From Bacteroidales bacterium (lineage in GTDB: Bacteria > Bacteroidota > Bacteroidia > Bacteroidales > WCHB1-69): a stretch of DNA of 64,000 nucleotides. The notes beneath the pieces are model-generated. The model saw only the letters and a program-made list of their open reading frames with translations, made no database searches and was not told the DNA's origin. Shown here one piece after another: positions 54,324 to 64,000 of this stretch (its first letter is position 1; each line of letters opens with the position of its first letter). The stretch is from positions 16,562 to 80,561 of the forward strand of contig JAZSKB010000019.1 of the NCBI GenBank assembly GCA_045534635.1, given 5' to 3'. A program made the translations under genes and the position numbers.

Positions 54324-56489
54324 ATGAAAAAATTAATTTTATTATTAAGCGGAATTTTCCTACTGAACACCGCAACATTGAAAGCAGATGAGGGTATGTG
54401 GTTATTATCCTTATTAGGCAAAAATTATGAGGAGATGCAAAAAGCAGGTTTTAAACTTACCCCTGAAGACATTTACAATGTGAACAAAGGTTGTTTAAAA
54501 GATGCTATTGTTGGTCTTGGCAACGAAGGCAGACCATTTTCTCATTTCTGTACAGGAGAAATCATTTCCGACCAAGGATTGTTTTCTACTAATCACCACT
54601 GCGGATACGGAATGATACAATCTCATTCTACTGTAGAACACGATTATCTACAAGATGGTTTTTGGGCATATAGCAAAGACCAAGAATTACCCAACGAAGG
54701 CATTACAGTTTCTATCTTAGTTAGAATGGAAGACGTAACAAGCAAAGTTTTACAAGGAATTACCGATGAAATGCCAGAAGCAGAACGCAACAAAGCAATA
54801 TCTCAAGCATCTGCTAAAATTATTAAAGAAGCGACAAAAGATAATGCTTACAACGCTCAAGTTGCTGATATGTTCAACAAAAATCAATACTTTTTATTGG
54901 TTTACATCATTTACAAAGATGTTCGTTTAGTTGGAGCACCACCTTCCTCAATGGGAAAATTCGGTGGAGATACCGATAATTGGATGTGGCCTCGTCATAC
55001 TTGCGATTTTTCTTTATTCCGTATCTATACCGCTCCCGATGGTTCTCCAGCCAAATACGCTAAAGAAAATGTTCCTTTGAAACCTAAACATTTCTTACCT
55101 ATTAGTATTAAAGGCATTGAAGATGGAGACTTCGCTATGATTATGGGGTTCCCCGGCACAACCGACCGTTTTCTTACTTCTTACGGACTTGATGAAACTA
55201 TGAATATTACCAATAAACTTCGTTACGAAATTAGAAGCGTAAAAATCAAAGACCTTCGCGAAGAAATGGCTTCAAATCAAAAAATTAATATCCAATATGC
55301 TTCTAAATATGCCAGTTGTTCTAATTATTGGAAATATTCTAACGAACAAAACAAAGCCCTTAAAAACCTTAATACTATGGCTATCAAACAAAATATTGAA
55401 GCCAATTATTTACAATGGGCAAACAAACAAAACAATAAAGAATACAAACAAGCACTTGATTATATCAAAGAAGGTTACAACAACAGAAAAGAAATTGTTG
55501 CCGCTCGTACTTATGTATTAGAAGGTGTGCTTACCGGTGGAGACCTTCCTGTATTCTTACTTCAATTTTTTGGCGTTAGCAATAAACTCAACGAAAACAA
55601 TCCAGAAGATGTGAAAAACATATTAGCAAATATGAAAGCCGCTGGCGATGAATTCTACAAAGATTATAACCCAGCAACTGAACAAAAAGTGTTAACAAGT
55701 TTATTAGAATATACTTACAAAAATATGGATAGAAATCATTATCCTGACTTTTTTGTGAATATTATAGAAAAAAAATACAAAGGAAATATTGCCCGTTATG
55801 TTAACGACATTTTTGCAAAATCTATCTTTGCTACTCAAGAACGTTTTAATGCTTTCCTTGAAAAACCTAATGCTAAAGCATTAGCATCTGATATGATGAT
55901 GACTTTTGCATCAAGTACTTATCAAAAATACATTGAATTGAATGAAAAAATGAAAAATGCCGCTCCAAATCTAAACAGAGGCAAACGTTTATTCGTTAAT
56001 GGTCTTCTTCAAATCAATGGAGATAAACCTATAGCTCCTGACGCAAATTCTACTATTCGTTTAACTTACGGAAATGTCGGCAGTTACATTCCAAGAGATG
56101 CCGTTGCTTACGATTACTACACCACATTGAAAGGTGTTATGGAAAAAGAAGACCCTAACAATAGAGAATTCATTGTTCCTCAAAAACTTAAAGACCTTTA
56201 TAATGCTAAAAATTATGGTCAATATGCAAATAAAGACGGCGAATTGGTAACTTGTTTTATCTCCAACAACGATATTACAGGAGGTAATTCAGGTTCTCCT
56301 GTTATCAATGCAGAAGGTCATCTTATCGGTTTAGCATTCGACGGCAATAGCGAAGCAATGTCTGGTGATATTGATTTTGAAGAAAACTTACAACGTTGTA
56401 TCAATTTAGATGTACGTTATATGCTTTTCGTAATTGATAAATATGCTAATGCTCAAAACTTAATTCAAGAATTGGATATTAGAAAATAA
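54324..56489 (+). CDS. S46 family dipeptidyl peptidase (DPP7/DPP11-like)
   Basis: Signal peptide followed by the mature N-terminus ADEGMWLL, NHHCGYG (catalytic His) and TGGNSGSPV (catalytic Ser). Confidence 0.85.
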   Translation: MKKLILLLSGIFLLNTATLKADEGMWLLSLLGKNYEEMQKAGFKLTPEDIYNVNKGCLKDAIVGLGNEGRPFSHFCTGEIISDQGLFSTNHHCGYGMIQSHSTVEHDYLQDGFWAYSKDQELPNEGITVSILVRMEDVTSKVLQGITDEMPEAERNKAISQASAKIIKEATKDNAYNAQVADMFNKNQYFLLVYIIYKDVRLVGAPPSSMGKFGGDTDNWMWPRHTCDFSLFRIYTAPDGSPAKYAKENVPLKPKHFLPISIKGIEDGDFAMIMGFPGTTDRFLTSYGLDETMNITNKLRYEIRSVKIKDLREEMASNQKINIQYASKYASCSNYWKYSNEQNKALKNLNTMAIKQNIEANYLQWANKQNNKEYKQALDYIKEGYNNRKEIVAARTYVLEGVLTGGDLPVFLLQFFGVSNKLNENNPEDVKNILANMKAAGDEFYKDYNPATEQKVLTSLLEYTYKNMDRNHYPDFFVNIIEKKYKGNIARYVNDIFAKSIFATQERFNAFLEKPNAKALASDMMMTFASSTYQKYIELNEKMKNAAPNLNRGKRLFVNGLLQINGDKPIAPDANSTIRLTYGNVGSYIPRDAVAYDYYTTLKGVMEKEDPNNREFIVPQKLKDLYNAKNYGQYANKDGELVTCFISNNDITGGNSGSPVINAEGHLIGLAFDGNSEAMSGDIDFEENLQRCINLDVRYMLFVIDKYANAQNLIQELDIRK

Positions 56490-56506
56490 AGTTTCTTTTT
56501 GTTACT

Positions 56507-56537
56507 AAAAAACCGCCTTTAGGGCGGTTTTTTTATT
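56507..56537. terminator. bidirectional intrinsic terminator
   Basis: AAAAAACCGCC-TTTAG-GGCGGTTTTTTT, between two convergent genes. Confidence 0.75.
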
Positions 56538-56542
56538 TTTTT

Positions 56543-56914
56543 TTACAAAAAGATGATTTTTAAACTCTCTTCTCCCAATATTTCTATGGCTTGCTCTGCT
56601 AATTGTGGCGATGCAAAATAAACTATAGACGAAGGAATATCTATTTGTTGTACTTCAAATTTTCCATTTTTCAATACTATTGTATATTTTTCTTGATTAG
56701 TATTTTCCCAATCGGGATACCAAGATTGATTTAGGTAATATGCAACATTCAACATATCGTTTATTGCTAACCATTTTTCTATATGTTTTTGTGAAGTACA
56801 ATTGTTTCTATCGTTGTACAATGTAGTAATATTGGATTTTACCTTTCCAAACATATCTACAAAATAAGCTTCTTTGCGGAAATACAATGCCCGCATAATA
56901 TCATCTTTATTCAT
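56543..56914 (-). CDS. hypothetical protein
   Basis: 123-aa ORF. No signal peptide or domain recognised. Confidence 0.4.
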   Translation of the reverse strand: MNKDDIMRALYFRKEAYFVDMFGKVKSNITTLYNDRNNCTSQKHIEKWLAINDMLNVAYYLNQSWYPDWENTNQEKYTIVLKNGKFEVQQIDIPSSIVYFASPQLAEQAIEILGEESLKIIFL

Positions 56915-56985
56915 TTTTTGAAAAAAAAAGGACAGAAATAAACATCCTGCCCGTCTAACTTAATTATGAAAACAAATAATTCAAA

Positions 56986-57240
56986 CTACGCCATTTTGTT
57001 AATCATAACCATCAAACCAGATTTTAGATTTGATGCTTTGTTTTTATGAATGATACCTTTTTTCGCTACTTTATCTATTAAAGAAACTACTTTTGGTAAA
57101 TTCGCTTTTGCTTCGTTTACATCAATAGTATTTCTCATTTTTTTTATAGCGTTTCGCATTGTTTTTGCCCAGTATCTATTCTCTAAGCGTCTTCGCTCGT
57201 TTTGTCTTATTCTTTTGAATTGTGACTTATGATTTGCCAT
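56986..57240 (-). CDS. rpsT: 30S ribosomal protein S20
   Basis: 84 aa and highly basic. [22 protein letters not shown] is typical of S20. Confidence 0.9.
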   Translation of the reverse strand: MANHKSQFKRIRQNERRRLENRYWAKTMRNAIKKMRNTIDVNEAKANLPKVVSLIDKVAKKGIIHKNKASNLKSGLMVMINKMA

Positions 57241-57290
57241 TATCCTTATATTTATATTATCCTTATGTTTACTATTTAATTTTAATTTTG

Positions 57291-57298
57291 CAAAGGTA
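57291..57298 (-). promoter_or_regulatory. Bacteroidota -7 promoter element (TACCTTTG) for rpsT
   Basis: 50 nt upstream of the rpsT ATG, preceded by an A/T tract. Confidence 0.55.
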
Positions 57299-57529
57299 CA
57301 ATTTTTTTTAATACAAAACGCCGATTGTTGAAAAAAAATATCAACTATATTATATTATTGATTATCAAATATAAATAATTTTCTCTATTTTTAATGTTTT
57401 ATATACTATTTCAAATTGTTCTACTCTTTCTATTGCATCAATTAAACCATTAGATTTTTTTTAATATATACGTTAAAAATTTTTTTTCAAACTTTTTCAC
57501 AAATTGACGTTTATTTATATAAAAAGTTG

Positions 57530-57537
57530 TACTTTTG
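57530..57537 (+). promoter_or_regulatory. Bacteroidota -7 promoter element (TACTTTTG)
   Basis: 69 nt upstream of the ATG at 57607. Confidence 0.45.
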
Positions 57538-57606
57538 CGGACGAAATCATTTTAATATAAAAATTGATATAAACTTCAATAATTAAATTTAACAACTTTT
57601 TTCAAT

Positions 57607-59622
57607 ATGGAAGATTTACTCAATCCGCAATCGGAACAAGCACAAGAAAATGTGCAAGACACTAACAATGAAGTTACTAACATCGATAATACCTCATCGA
57701 TAGAAGAAGCAAACATTAGTAATGAGGTTACAAGTAACAACGAAAACCTTGATGAACCAACAAACGAAACAGTAACAAACGATACTATTGCTGTTTCTGA
57801 AGAAGAAAAAATTGTCACCGACAATGAAAAACAAGAGGCTATAGAATCATCTTCAACAAATACAGAAGAGGCATTCTCCGAAGAAGCAATTCCAGAAACA
57901 ATATTCGACAATCTTTCCAAAGAGGAAGTTACACAAACTTTGGAAGACTTGGTGAAAAATGCAAATGTTGTTGAAATCAAAAAGCAAGTATCATTGCTTA
58001 GAAGTCGTTTTTTACAATTGCTCAAAGAAGATAAAGAACAAGCCTTGCAAGCATTTTTAGCCAACGATGGCAATCGTGAAGATTTTAAATACGAACCCGA
58101 TGAAGTAGCAAAACGTTTTGACAAAGCCTTTGGCTTGTACAAAGAAGCCAAAATTCGTTACAACGAAGAACTCGAAAAAGAAAAAGAAAAGAATTTAGCA
58201 AAAAAACAAGCACTTTTGGAGGAATTGCGTTCTTTGATAGATTCCGAAGAAATGCTAAAACAAATATACGATAGATTTAAAGAAATTCAAGAAACTTGGA
58301 AAGAAATTGGTCCTGTGCCACAAGCAAATGTAAGCGATTTATGGCAAAATTACCATTTCTACGTAGAACAATTCTTCAATAAAATAAAGATAAACAGAGA
58401 ACTCAAAAGTTTAGATATGAAGAAGAATCTCGAAAAGAAAGTGGAATTGTGCGAAAAAGCAGAAGCCCTTATCTTAGAATCTTCTATTGTAAAATCGTTC
58501 AAACTTTTGCAAGAATATCACCAAGAATGGAAAGAAATTGGTGCTGTTGAAGACGATAAACGAGAAGAATTGTGGAACAGATTCAAAGATGCATCTGACA
58601 AAATCAACCAAAAACGTAGAGATTATTACGACGAAATGGAAAAACAACAAGAAAGCAATTACCAACAAAAATTGGCTCTTTGCGAACAATTAGATTCCAT
58701 TTTGGCTTCTAATTATCTCTCTGGCATAAAAGCGGCTACCGATGCAGAAGAAAAAGTTAATAATTTGTTTAAAACTTGGCGGACTTTAGGTCCTGCTCCA
58801 AAAGCAGTTCACGATGAAATTTGGACTCGTTTCCGCAACGGTTTAAATACTTTCTTCGATACAAAAAAAGAATTCTTAAAAAAGAGCAAAGAAGAACAAG
58901 TTAACAATTACAATATGAAAGTAAATCTTTGTTTGCAAGCAGAAGCAATAGCCATAAGAAACGATTGGCGTAAAGCAACCAGAGAATTGCTTCAACTTCA
59001 AGAAGAATGGAAAAAAATTGGTCCCGTTTCTCGTAAACAATCAGAAGCATTGTGGACCCGCTTCAGAAAAGCGTGTGACGATTTCTTTGCAGCAAAAGCA
59101 GATTTCTACAAAGATATTACCCAAAATGTCGCTGAAAATCTTGCTAAAAAAGAAGCACTTATTCAAAAAGTGAAAGATTATCAATTTGTAGAAAATCATG
59201 ATGCCAATTTTGAAGCATTGAAAGGTTTCCAAAGAGAATGGACTTCTATTGGTTACACTCCTCAAAATGATAGAAACCGTGTTTGGGAAGAATTTAGAGC
59301 CGCTGTAAACCAACGATTTGAAGAACTTCGCACATTGTTAAGCACCGAAAATAAAGAAAAATTTATTTCTCATATCGCTGAACTAAAAGAAAATGAAGAT
59401 GGTGAATCTCTTCTAAAAAAAGAACGTCGGGCTTTACAAACTAAAATCGCCAAAATGATGGAAGATGTCGCTTTGTGGGAAAATAATCTCGGATTCTTTG
59501 CTAAATCAAAAAATTCGGAAGTCTTAAAAGTTCAATTTGAAGAAAAAATCGCAAATACTAAAAAAGAAATTGCAGCATTAAAAGAAAAATTGAACTTATT
59601 GAACAACGAAATCAAACACTAA
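57607..59622 (+). CDS. DUF349 repeat protein
   Basis: 671 aa. Acidic low-complexity N-terminus, then repeated W-containing helical units (ETWKEIGPVP, QEWKEIGAVE, KTWRTLGPAP, EEWKKIGPVS, REWTSIGYTP), each followed by LW/IW..F. Confidence 0.75.
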   Translation: MEDLLNPQSEQAQENVQDTNNEVTNIDNTSSIEEANISNEVTSNNENLDEPTNETVTNDTIAVSEEEKIVTDNEKQEAIESSSTNTEEAFSEEAIPETIFDNLSKEEVTQTLEDLVKNANVVEIKKQVSLLRSRFLQLLKEDKEQALQAFLANDGNREDFKYEPDEVAKRFDKAFGLYKEAKIRYNEELEKEKEKNLAKKQALLEELRSLIDSEEMLKQIYDRFKEIQETWKEIGPVPQANVSDLWQNYHFYVEQFFNKIKINRELKSLDMKKNLEKKVELCEKAEALILESSIVKSFKLLQEYHQEWKEIGAVEDDKREELWNRFKDASDKINQKRRDYYDEMEKQQESNYQQKLALCEQLDSILASNYLSGIKAATDAEEKVNNLFKTWRTLGPAPKAVHDEIWTRFRNGLNTFFDTKKEFLKKSKEEQVNNYNMKVNLCLQAEAIAIRNDWRKATRELLQLQEEWKKIGPVSRKQSEALWTRFRKACDDFFAAKADFYKDITQNVAENLAKKEALIQKVKDYQFVENHDANFEALKGFQREWTSIGYTPQNDRNRVWEEFRAAVNQRFEELRTLLSTENKEKFISHIAELKENEDGESLLKKERRALQTKIAKMMEDVALWENNLGFFAKSKNSEVLKVQFEEKIANTKKEIAALKEKLNLLNNEIKH

Positions 59623-59643
59623 TAATTAAATAAAAATTTGGGT

Positions 59644-59677
59644 GAGCAAGTCTGAAATCAGGCTTGCTCTTTTTTTT
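59644..59677. terminator. intrinsic terminator
   Basis: GAGCAAG-tCTGAaaTCAGg-CTTGCTC followed by a T8 run, 20 nt after the DUF349 stop. Confidence 0.7.
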
Positions 59678-59990
59678 ATTGTGCATCTTCTTCCAATGCT
59701 TCAATAAGAAAACTTACCGGTCGAAAACCATCATTACACGATATCATCGCCGATTTTTCATTTTTCATCCAACCATCATAAATATTTTTACCTTCATGTG
59801 CCAATGTCATCACAAATGGAGATATCGTTTCCCAAGCACTCAAACAAAAACCTTCTGGACGATTCCAACCATTTGCAATAAACACCTTTCCCACTTCCAT
59901 ATCACAAGGATGAGAAATAGGATTTTCATACTTCGCTATTAAATCATCATAGCGACTTTGTCTCATTACTGTAATTTTACATTTTTTCAT
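59676..59990 (-). CDS. TIGR04076-like small Cys-containing protein
   Basis: 104 aa. The pattern KITVMRQSRYDDL...PCDMEVGKVF...PEGFCLSAWETI...SCNDGFRPVSF resembles that family as I remember it. This has not been verified by search. Confidence 0.5.
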   Translation of the reverse strand: MKKCKITVMRQSRYDDLIAKYENPISHPCDMEVGKVFIANGWNRPEGFCLSAWETISPFVMTLAHEGKNIYDGWMKNEKSAMISCNDGFRPVSFLIEALEEDAQ

Positions 59991-60009
59991 ATATACAATA
60001 TTAGATGTA

Positions 60010-60017
60010 CAAAAGTA
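60010..60017 (-). promoter_or_regulatory. Bacteroidota -7 promoter element (TACTTTTG)
   Basis: 19 nt upstream of the ATG at 59990. Confidence 0.45.
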
Positions 60018-60182
60018 ATACTTTTTTTTGATAAAAAAAACATTATCTTTTCAACTATACATTTTTATACACGCATTGCAAATAAAAAAAAGAGAGAAAA
60101 AAAATGAATAATTTCCCAAAAAATGCAAATATTTCATTTTTTTTTCCGAACTTTGCAAAATGTATTTATCATAATAGTACTA

Positions 60183-60704
60183 ATGGACAAAAAAGAATTG
60201 AGACAAATAATTCGTAGCCGAAAAAAGGCATTTTCTCAAAAAGAATTGGCAGAAAAATCTGTTCTTATTCTTAAAAAATTGGAAGGACATTTACTTTTTC
60301 AAAATGCTCAAAATGTTATGCTTTATGCTTCTCTTCCAGACGAAGTTCAAACTATGGATTTTATCAAAAAATGGCAATCTCGAAAAAAAATTATCCTTCC
60401 TACTGTTGTCGGAGATGATATTGTACCTGTAGAATTAACCACCGAAAGCAATATGAAAATCGGAGATTTCAATATATTAGAACCTGAAAATCAACCATAT
60501 AATGAAGATATTGATATTATTGTTATCCCCGGAATGGCTTTCGACAAGGCTGGACATAGATTAGGTAGAGGAAAAGGGTTTTACGACAGATTTCTCGCCA
60601 AACATCCAACAACAAAAACCATAGGTTTGTGTTTTGATTTTCAAATTATGGAAAATATTCCTATTGAAGCACACGACAAACCCGTTGATGAAGTTTTATT
60701 TTAA
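60183..60704 (+). CDS. 5-formyltetrahydrofolate cyclo-ligase
   Basis: MDKKELRQIIRSRKKAF N-terminus and GHRLGRGKGFYDRFL motif. I moved the start to 60183 because a near-consensus promoter motif (gAACTTTG at 60150-60157) lies inside the longer ORF-track version. Confidence 0.8.
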   Translation: MDKKELRQIIRSRKKAFSQKELAEKSVLILKKLEGHLLFQNAQNVMLYASLPDEVQTMDFIKKWQSRKKIILPTVVGDDIVPVELTTESNMKIGDFNILEPENQPYNEDIDIIVIPGMAFDKAGHRLGRGKGFYDRFLAKHPTTKTIGLCFDFQIMENIPIEAHDKPVDEVLF

Positions 60705-60730
60705 ATGTTTCAATAAAGCATTACAATATA

Positions 60731-62668
60731 ATGAATATCCTTTGCAATAGCAATATTTACAAACGAAAAATATGGACTATATTTTTCAGACTATTAGTTT
60801 TACTTTTTGTTTATACTTTACTTCGGATAATATTTTGTATTGCTAACACATCACATTTTCCTGATATTCAATTCATTTACTTTCTTGGAGGAATGCGATT
60901 CGATATTGCAGCAATTGCGATACTCAATGCTCCGTTCATTCTTGCCTTGGCTTTACCTTTGAATATTACAAACAAAAAAGGCTATTCAATTATTTGCAAT
61001 TTCTATTTTGTTATTGTCAATAGTATCGGTATTTTACTACAATGTGTTGATATTGCGTATTTTCCATACGTATTTAAACGGCTTTCTGCTGATATTTTCA
61101 CTTACATTAGCTCTGCAAATTTTGATATTTCCGCATTATTACCATTATTTATCAAACAATTTTGGTATTTATTAATATTGTTTATTGCTTGTATATTTTT
61201 ATTGATATGGACAAATATCTGTTGTAGAAAATTCCTTATTCATTCCAAACAAAACAATATTGAAAATAAAACACAAAACATTACAAAACAAATACTTATA
61301 TTTTTGACAATAATATTACTATCAATTACAGCGATACGAGGAGGCTGGCAATTACGTCCTATTCAAATCGTTAACGCTTGTTCTTACGCTACACCTCAAT
61401 ATTTGCCATTAGTTTTAAACACTCCATTTAGTATCATTAGTACGTTGGGAAATAAAACAACAGAAAAATATATGTATTTCAACAATTTAGAAGAAGCAGA
61501 AAAATATTTTTCGCCAATACAAAACAATTTTTCAACTACAAACATACAGCCACAAACAACTAAAAACGTAATAATCATTGTTTTAGAAGGGATTTCACAA
61601 GAATTAATGAAATTCTATCAAAACAACAATTTAAAATGCTGTTCATTTTTAGATAGTTTAGCATACAAAAGCCTTGCTTTCAATGGAATCGCCAATGGCA
61701 AACGCACTATGGAAGGTATTCCTGCTATTGTCTGTGGAATGCCCTCACTAATGTCATCGGCTTATATAGAAACCCCTTTTGCAATGAACAAGATACAATA
61801 TCCTGTAGAAATACTTAAAAACCAAGGATTTAACACATATTTTTTTCATGGTGGAGAAAATGGAACTATGAATTTTGAAAGTTTCTGTCATTCTATAGGT
61901 TACCAGCATTATTTTGGTAAAAATGAATATCCAGAAGCCACAGACTACGATGGACATTGGGGAATCAGTGATTGGTCGTATTTGCGTTATGTTGCACAAA
62001 CATTAGATACTATTCATCAACCATTTTTTTCAACAATACTTACACTTAGTTCACATCATCCGTTTGAAATACCTCAAGATGCCCCAAGAAAATCCTATCC
62101 ACAAGGACCTCACAAAATGTATGCGGTAAGTAGTTATACCGATGATGCATTAGCCGAATTTTTTCGTATAATATCGCAAAAATCGTGGTATGATAGTACA
62201 TTATTTATTATTACCGCCGACCATGCCTACGAGGGCAGTTCTTCTGCAACACAAAATGCTTATACTGCTTACCAAATTCCTATGCTATTTTTTCACCCAA
62301 AAGCAGATAGTGCAATATTTTTTCCTCAATTTATGCAACAAACTGACATTATGCCTTCTTTATTTGCTTATTTAGGTATAAATCAACATTTTATATGTTT
62401 CGGACACAATATTTTCGATAATAAATACACACCAAAAGCATTCAATTATCTATCAAATATTTACCAAATTTATATTAATAATCATCTTTTACAATTTGAT
62501 GGAAAAAATATTGTTAGTTGGTATAATGTACAAGAAGACAAACTTTTACAAAATCGCTTGCCAATAGATACTCAAGCAGATTCAGCATTAATAATACTAA
62601 AAGCATTGCTACAATCTTATAGTAATAGACTAATAGACAACAATTTAAACATTAGACAAAATCAATAA
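60731..62668 (+). CDS. LTA synthase / phosphoglycerol-transferase-like sulfatase family membrane protein
   Basis: Five or so N-terminal TM segments, then an extracytoplasmic sulfatase-fold domain (VIIIVLEGISQE, SSHHPF, ITADHA). Confidence 0.7.
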   Translation: MNILCNSNIYKRKIWTIFFRLLVLLFVYTLLRIIFCIANTSHFPDIQFIYFLGGMRFDIAAIAILNAPFILALALPLNITNKKGYSIICNFYFVIVNSIGILLQCVDIAYFPYVFKRLSADIFTYISSANFDISALLPLFIKQFWYLLILFIACIFLLIWTNICCRKFLIHSKQNNIENKTQNITKQILIFLTIILLSITAIRGGWQLRPIQIVNACSYATPQYLPLVLNTPFSIISTLGNKTTEKYMYFNNLEEAEKYFSPIQNNFSTTNIQPQTTKNVIIIVLEGISQELMKFYQNNNLKCCSFLDSLAYKSLAFNGIANGKRTMEGIPAIVCGMPSLMSSAYIETPFAMNKIQYPVEILKNQGFNTYFFHGGENGTMNFESFCHSIGYQHYFGKNEYPEATDYDGHWGISDWSYLRYVAQTLDTIHQPFFSTILTLSSHHPFEIPQDAPRKSYPQGPHKMYAVSSYTDDALAEFFRIISQKSWYDSTLFIITADHAYEGSSSATQNAYTAYQIPMLFFHPKADSAIFFPQFMQQTDIMPSLFAYLGINQHFICFGHNIFDNKYTPKAFNYLSNIYQIYINNHLLQFDGKNIVSWYNVQEDKLLQNRLPIDTQADSALIILKALLQSYSNRLIDNNLNIRQNQ

Positions 62669-63933
62669 TTGTATTTTTCTTTCCAAATAGATTGCAAATA
62701 TTTGCGTTGTTCGTTTTCTCGACTATTTTTCCCGGGTTCATAAAACTTTGTATTTTTTATTTTATCTGGTAAAAACTCTTGACAAACAAAATTGTTTTCG
62801 TAATCATGGGCATATTTATAATCTTTACCATAATCAAGTTGTTGCATCAATTTTGTTGGAGCATTTCTTAAATGAAGAGGAACAGGCAAATTTTGTGTTT
62901 GATTTACTATTGCCAAAGCCTTGTCTATTGCTAAATAAGAAGCATTACTTTTTGGAGAACAAGCCAAATAGATAGCAGTTTGCGAAAGAGGTATTCTTCC
63001 TTCTGGCATTCCTATATTTCTAACTGTTTCAAAACATGTTTGAGCCAACAATAGGGCATTAGGATTTGCATTGCCAATATCTTCTGAAGCAAGAATCACC
63101 ATACGACGAGCGATAAATAGTGGGTCTTCGCCTCCGGCTATCATACGTGCCAACCAATAAACGGCACCATTGGGGTCGCTTCCTCGCATTGATTTGATAA
63201 ACGCTGATACAATATCATAATGATTTTCTCCATTTTTATCGTATATGCTCAAATTATTTTGAACAACTTTTTCTACTATTTTATTTGTCAATTCGCCATT
63301 AGTATCGTTGTTGATTATCCAACGACAAGTTAATTCAAAAGCGTTTAACAATTTGCGGGCATCTCCTCCTGAAATATGCAACAACGCATCTTTTTCTTTT
63401 ATCGTTATCTTTTTTTGATATTGATTTTCTATTACTTGTGTCGCTTTTTGAAGTATTTTTTCCAAATCTTCTACAGACAACGATTCCAATACATATACTT
63501 GACAACGAGACAATAAAGGCGTTATCACTTCAAAAGATGGATTTTCGGTTGTCGCTCCTATCAATGTTATTATCCCCTCTTCTACTGCCGACAACAATGA
63601 ATCTTGTTGTGATTTATTGAATCGATGTATTTCATCGATAAACAATATTGAAGTATTATCTTCTTGACGGGCTTTATCTATAACTTCTCTTACATCTTTT
63701 ACACCAGAATTGATAGCACTTAATTTAAAAAATGAACTTTGGATATGTTTCGATATTAGATATGCCAATGTTGTTTTGCCTACACCGGGAGGACCCCATA
63801 ATATCATTGATGGAATTTTTCCCTGCTCTATTGATTTTCTCAATACTGCATTATGACCTATCAAATGATTTTGACCTACATATTCTTCTAATGTTTGCGG
63901 ACGCAACTGCTCTGCTAATGGTATTTGCTTCAT
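62662..63933 (-). CDS. rarA: replication-associated recombination protein A (AAA+ ATPase)
   Basis: LAEQLRPQTLEEYVGQ, Walker A GPPGVGKTT, Walker B LFIDEIHRFNK, and the MgsA C-terminal domain (YDIVSAFIKSMRGSDPNGAVYWLARM). Start set at MKQIPLAEQ. Confidence 0.9.
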   Translation of the reverse strand: MKQIPLAEQLRPQTLEEYVGQNHLIGHNAVLRKSIEQGKIPSMILWGPPGVGKTTLAYLISKHIQSSFFKLSAINSGVKDVREVIDKARQEDNTSILFIDEIHRFNKSQQDSLLSAVEEGIITLIGATTENPSFEVITPLLSRCQVYVLESLSVEDLEKILQKATQVIENQYQKKITIKEKDALLHISGGDARKLLNAFELTCRWIINNDTNGELTNKIVEKVVQNNLSIYDKNGENHYDIVSAFIKSMRGSDPNGAVYWLARMIAGGEDPLFIARRMVILASEDIGNANPNALLLAQTCFETVRNIGMPEGRIPLSQTAIYLACSPKSNASYLAIDKALAIVNQTQNLPVPLHLRNAPTKLMQQLDYGKDYKYAHDYENNFVCQEFLPDKIKNTKFYEPGKNSRENEQRKYLQSIWKEKYNY

Positions 63934-64000
63934 TATTTTCTCGTTAAACAATTGCAAAATTATCATTTTTTTTCATTTCCCAAACAAAAATCTCATATCT

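Noticed and set aside
57576-58151. 191-aa minus-strand ORF antisense to the 5' part of the DUF349 gene
   Set aside because: It is Ser-rich nonsense generated by the GAA/GAT-rich acidic coding region on the other strand. It starts inside the divergent promoter region and has no supporting signals.
1-64000. Scanned for CRISPR arrays, tRNA or rRNA genes, IS elements, integrases and prophage genes
   Set aside because: I found no regularly spaced direct repeats, no tRNA-like T-arm or acceptor signatures, and no transposase or integrase-like ORFs. A by-eye scan cannot exclude small or degenerate elements, and tRNAscan-SE and ISfinder searches would be decisive.

Overview
AT-rich Bacteroidota-type chromosome segment. 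Supporting evidence: TAnnTTTG promoter motifs in most intergenic regions, T9SS C-terminal sorting domains, TonB-dependent receptors with carboxypeptidase-regulatory-like N-termini, a MurF-Alr fusion, and S46 and S9 dipeptidyl peptidases. Most of the window is housekeeping: pcm, dnaN, a small polysaccharide locus, serS, dpp4, cstA, murF/alr, pdxA, sufC, leuS, mreCD, der, kbl-tdh, rpoD, htrA, terC, rpsT and rarA. I found no rRNA, tRNA, CRISPR array, transposase or integrase. Three separate defence loci are embedded in this backbone. (1) A Type I R-M operon of about 8.8 kb with visibly higher GC (hsdM, DUF1016 nuclease, hsdS, lipoprotein, hsdR, about 8.4-16.9 kb), attached 18 nt downstream of dpp4. 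(2) A single Abi_2 (AbiD/F-like) gene at 32.07-33.01 kb, bracketed by direct repeats of about 100 bp, inside a small accessory islet between sufC and leuS that carries a hairpin repeat family. (3) A 1263-aa single-chain nuclease-methylase-specificity fusion (AloI/CjeI-like Type IIB architecture) at 45.6-49.4 kb. The observations I rate highest are: a GC-rich, strongly structured element of about 190 nt between rpoD and the Type IIB gene (nested 40-bp rod, C(UUCG)G apex, minus-strand-only G-U pairs, five alternating copies of a 6-mer and its complement); the hairpin repeat family with an identical 13-nt loop but compensatory stem changes and one flipped loop; and an exported lipoprotein encoded inside the Type I R-M operon. 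All functional calls come from reading the supplied translations and my own hand translation and folding. No database search was run.
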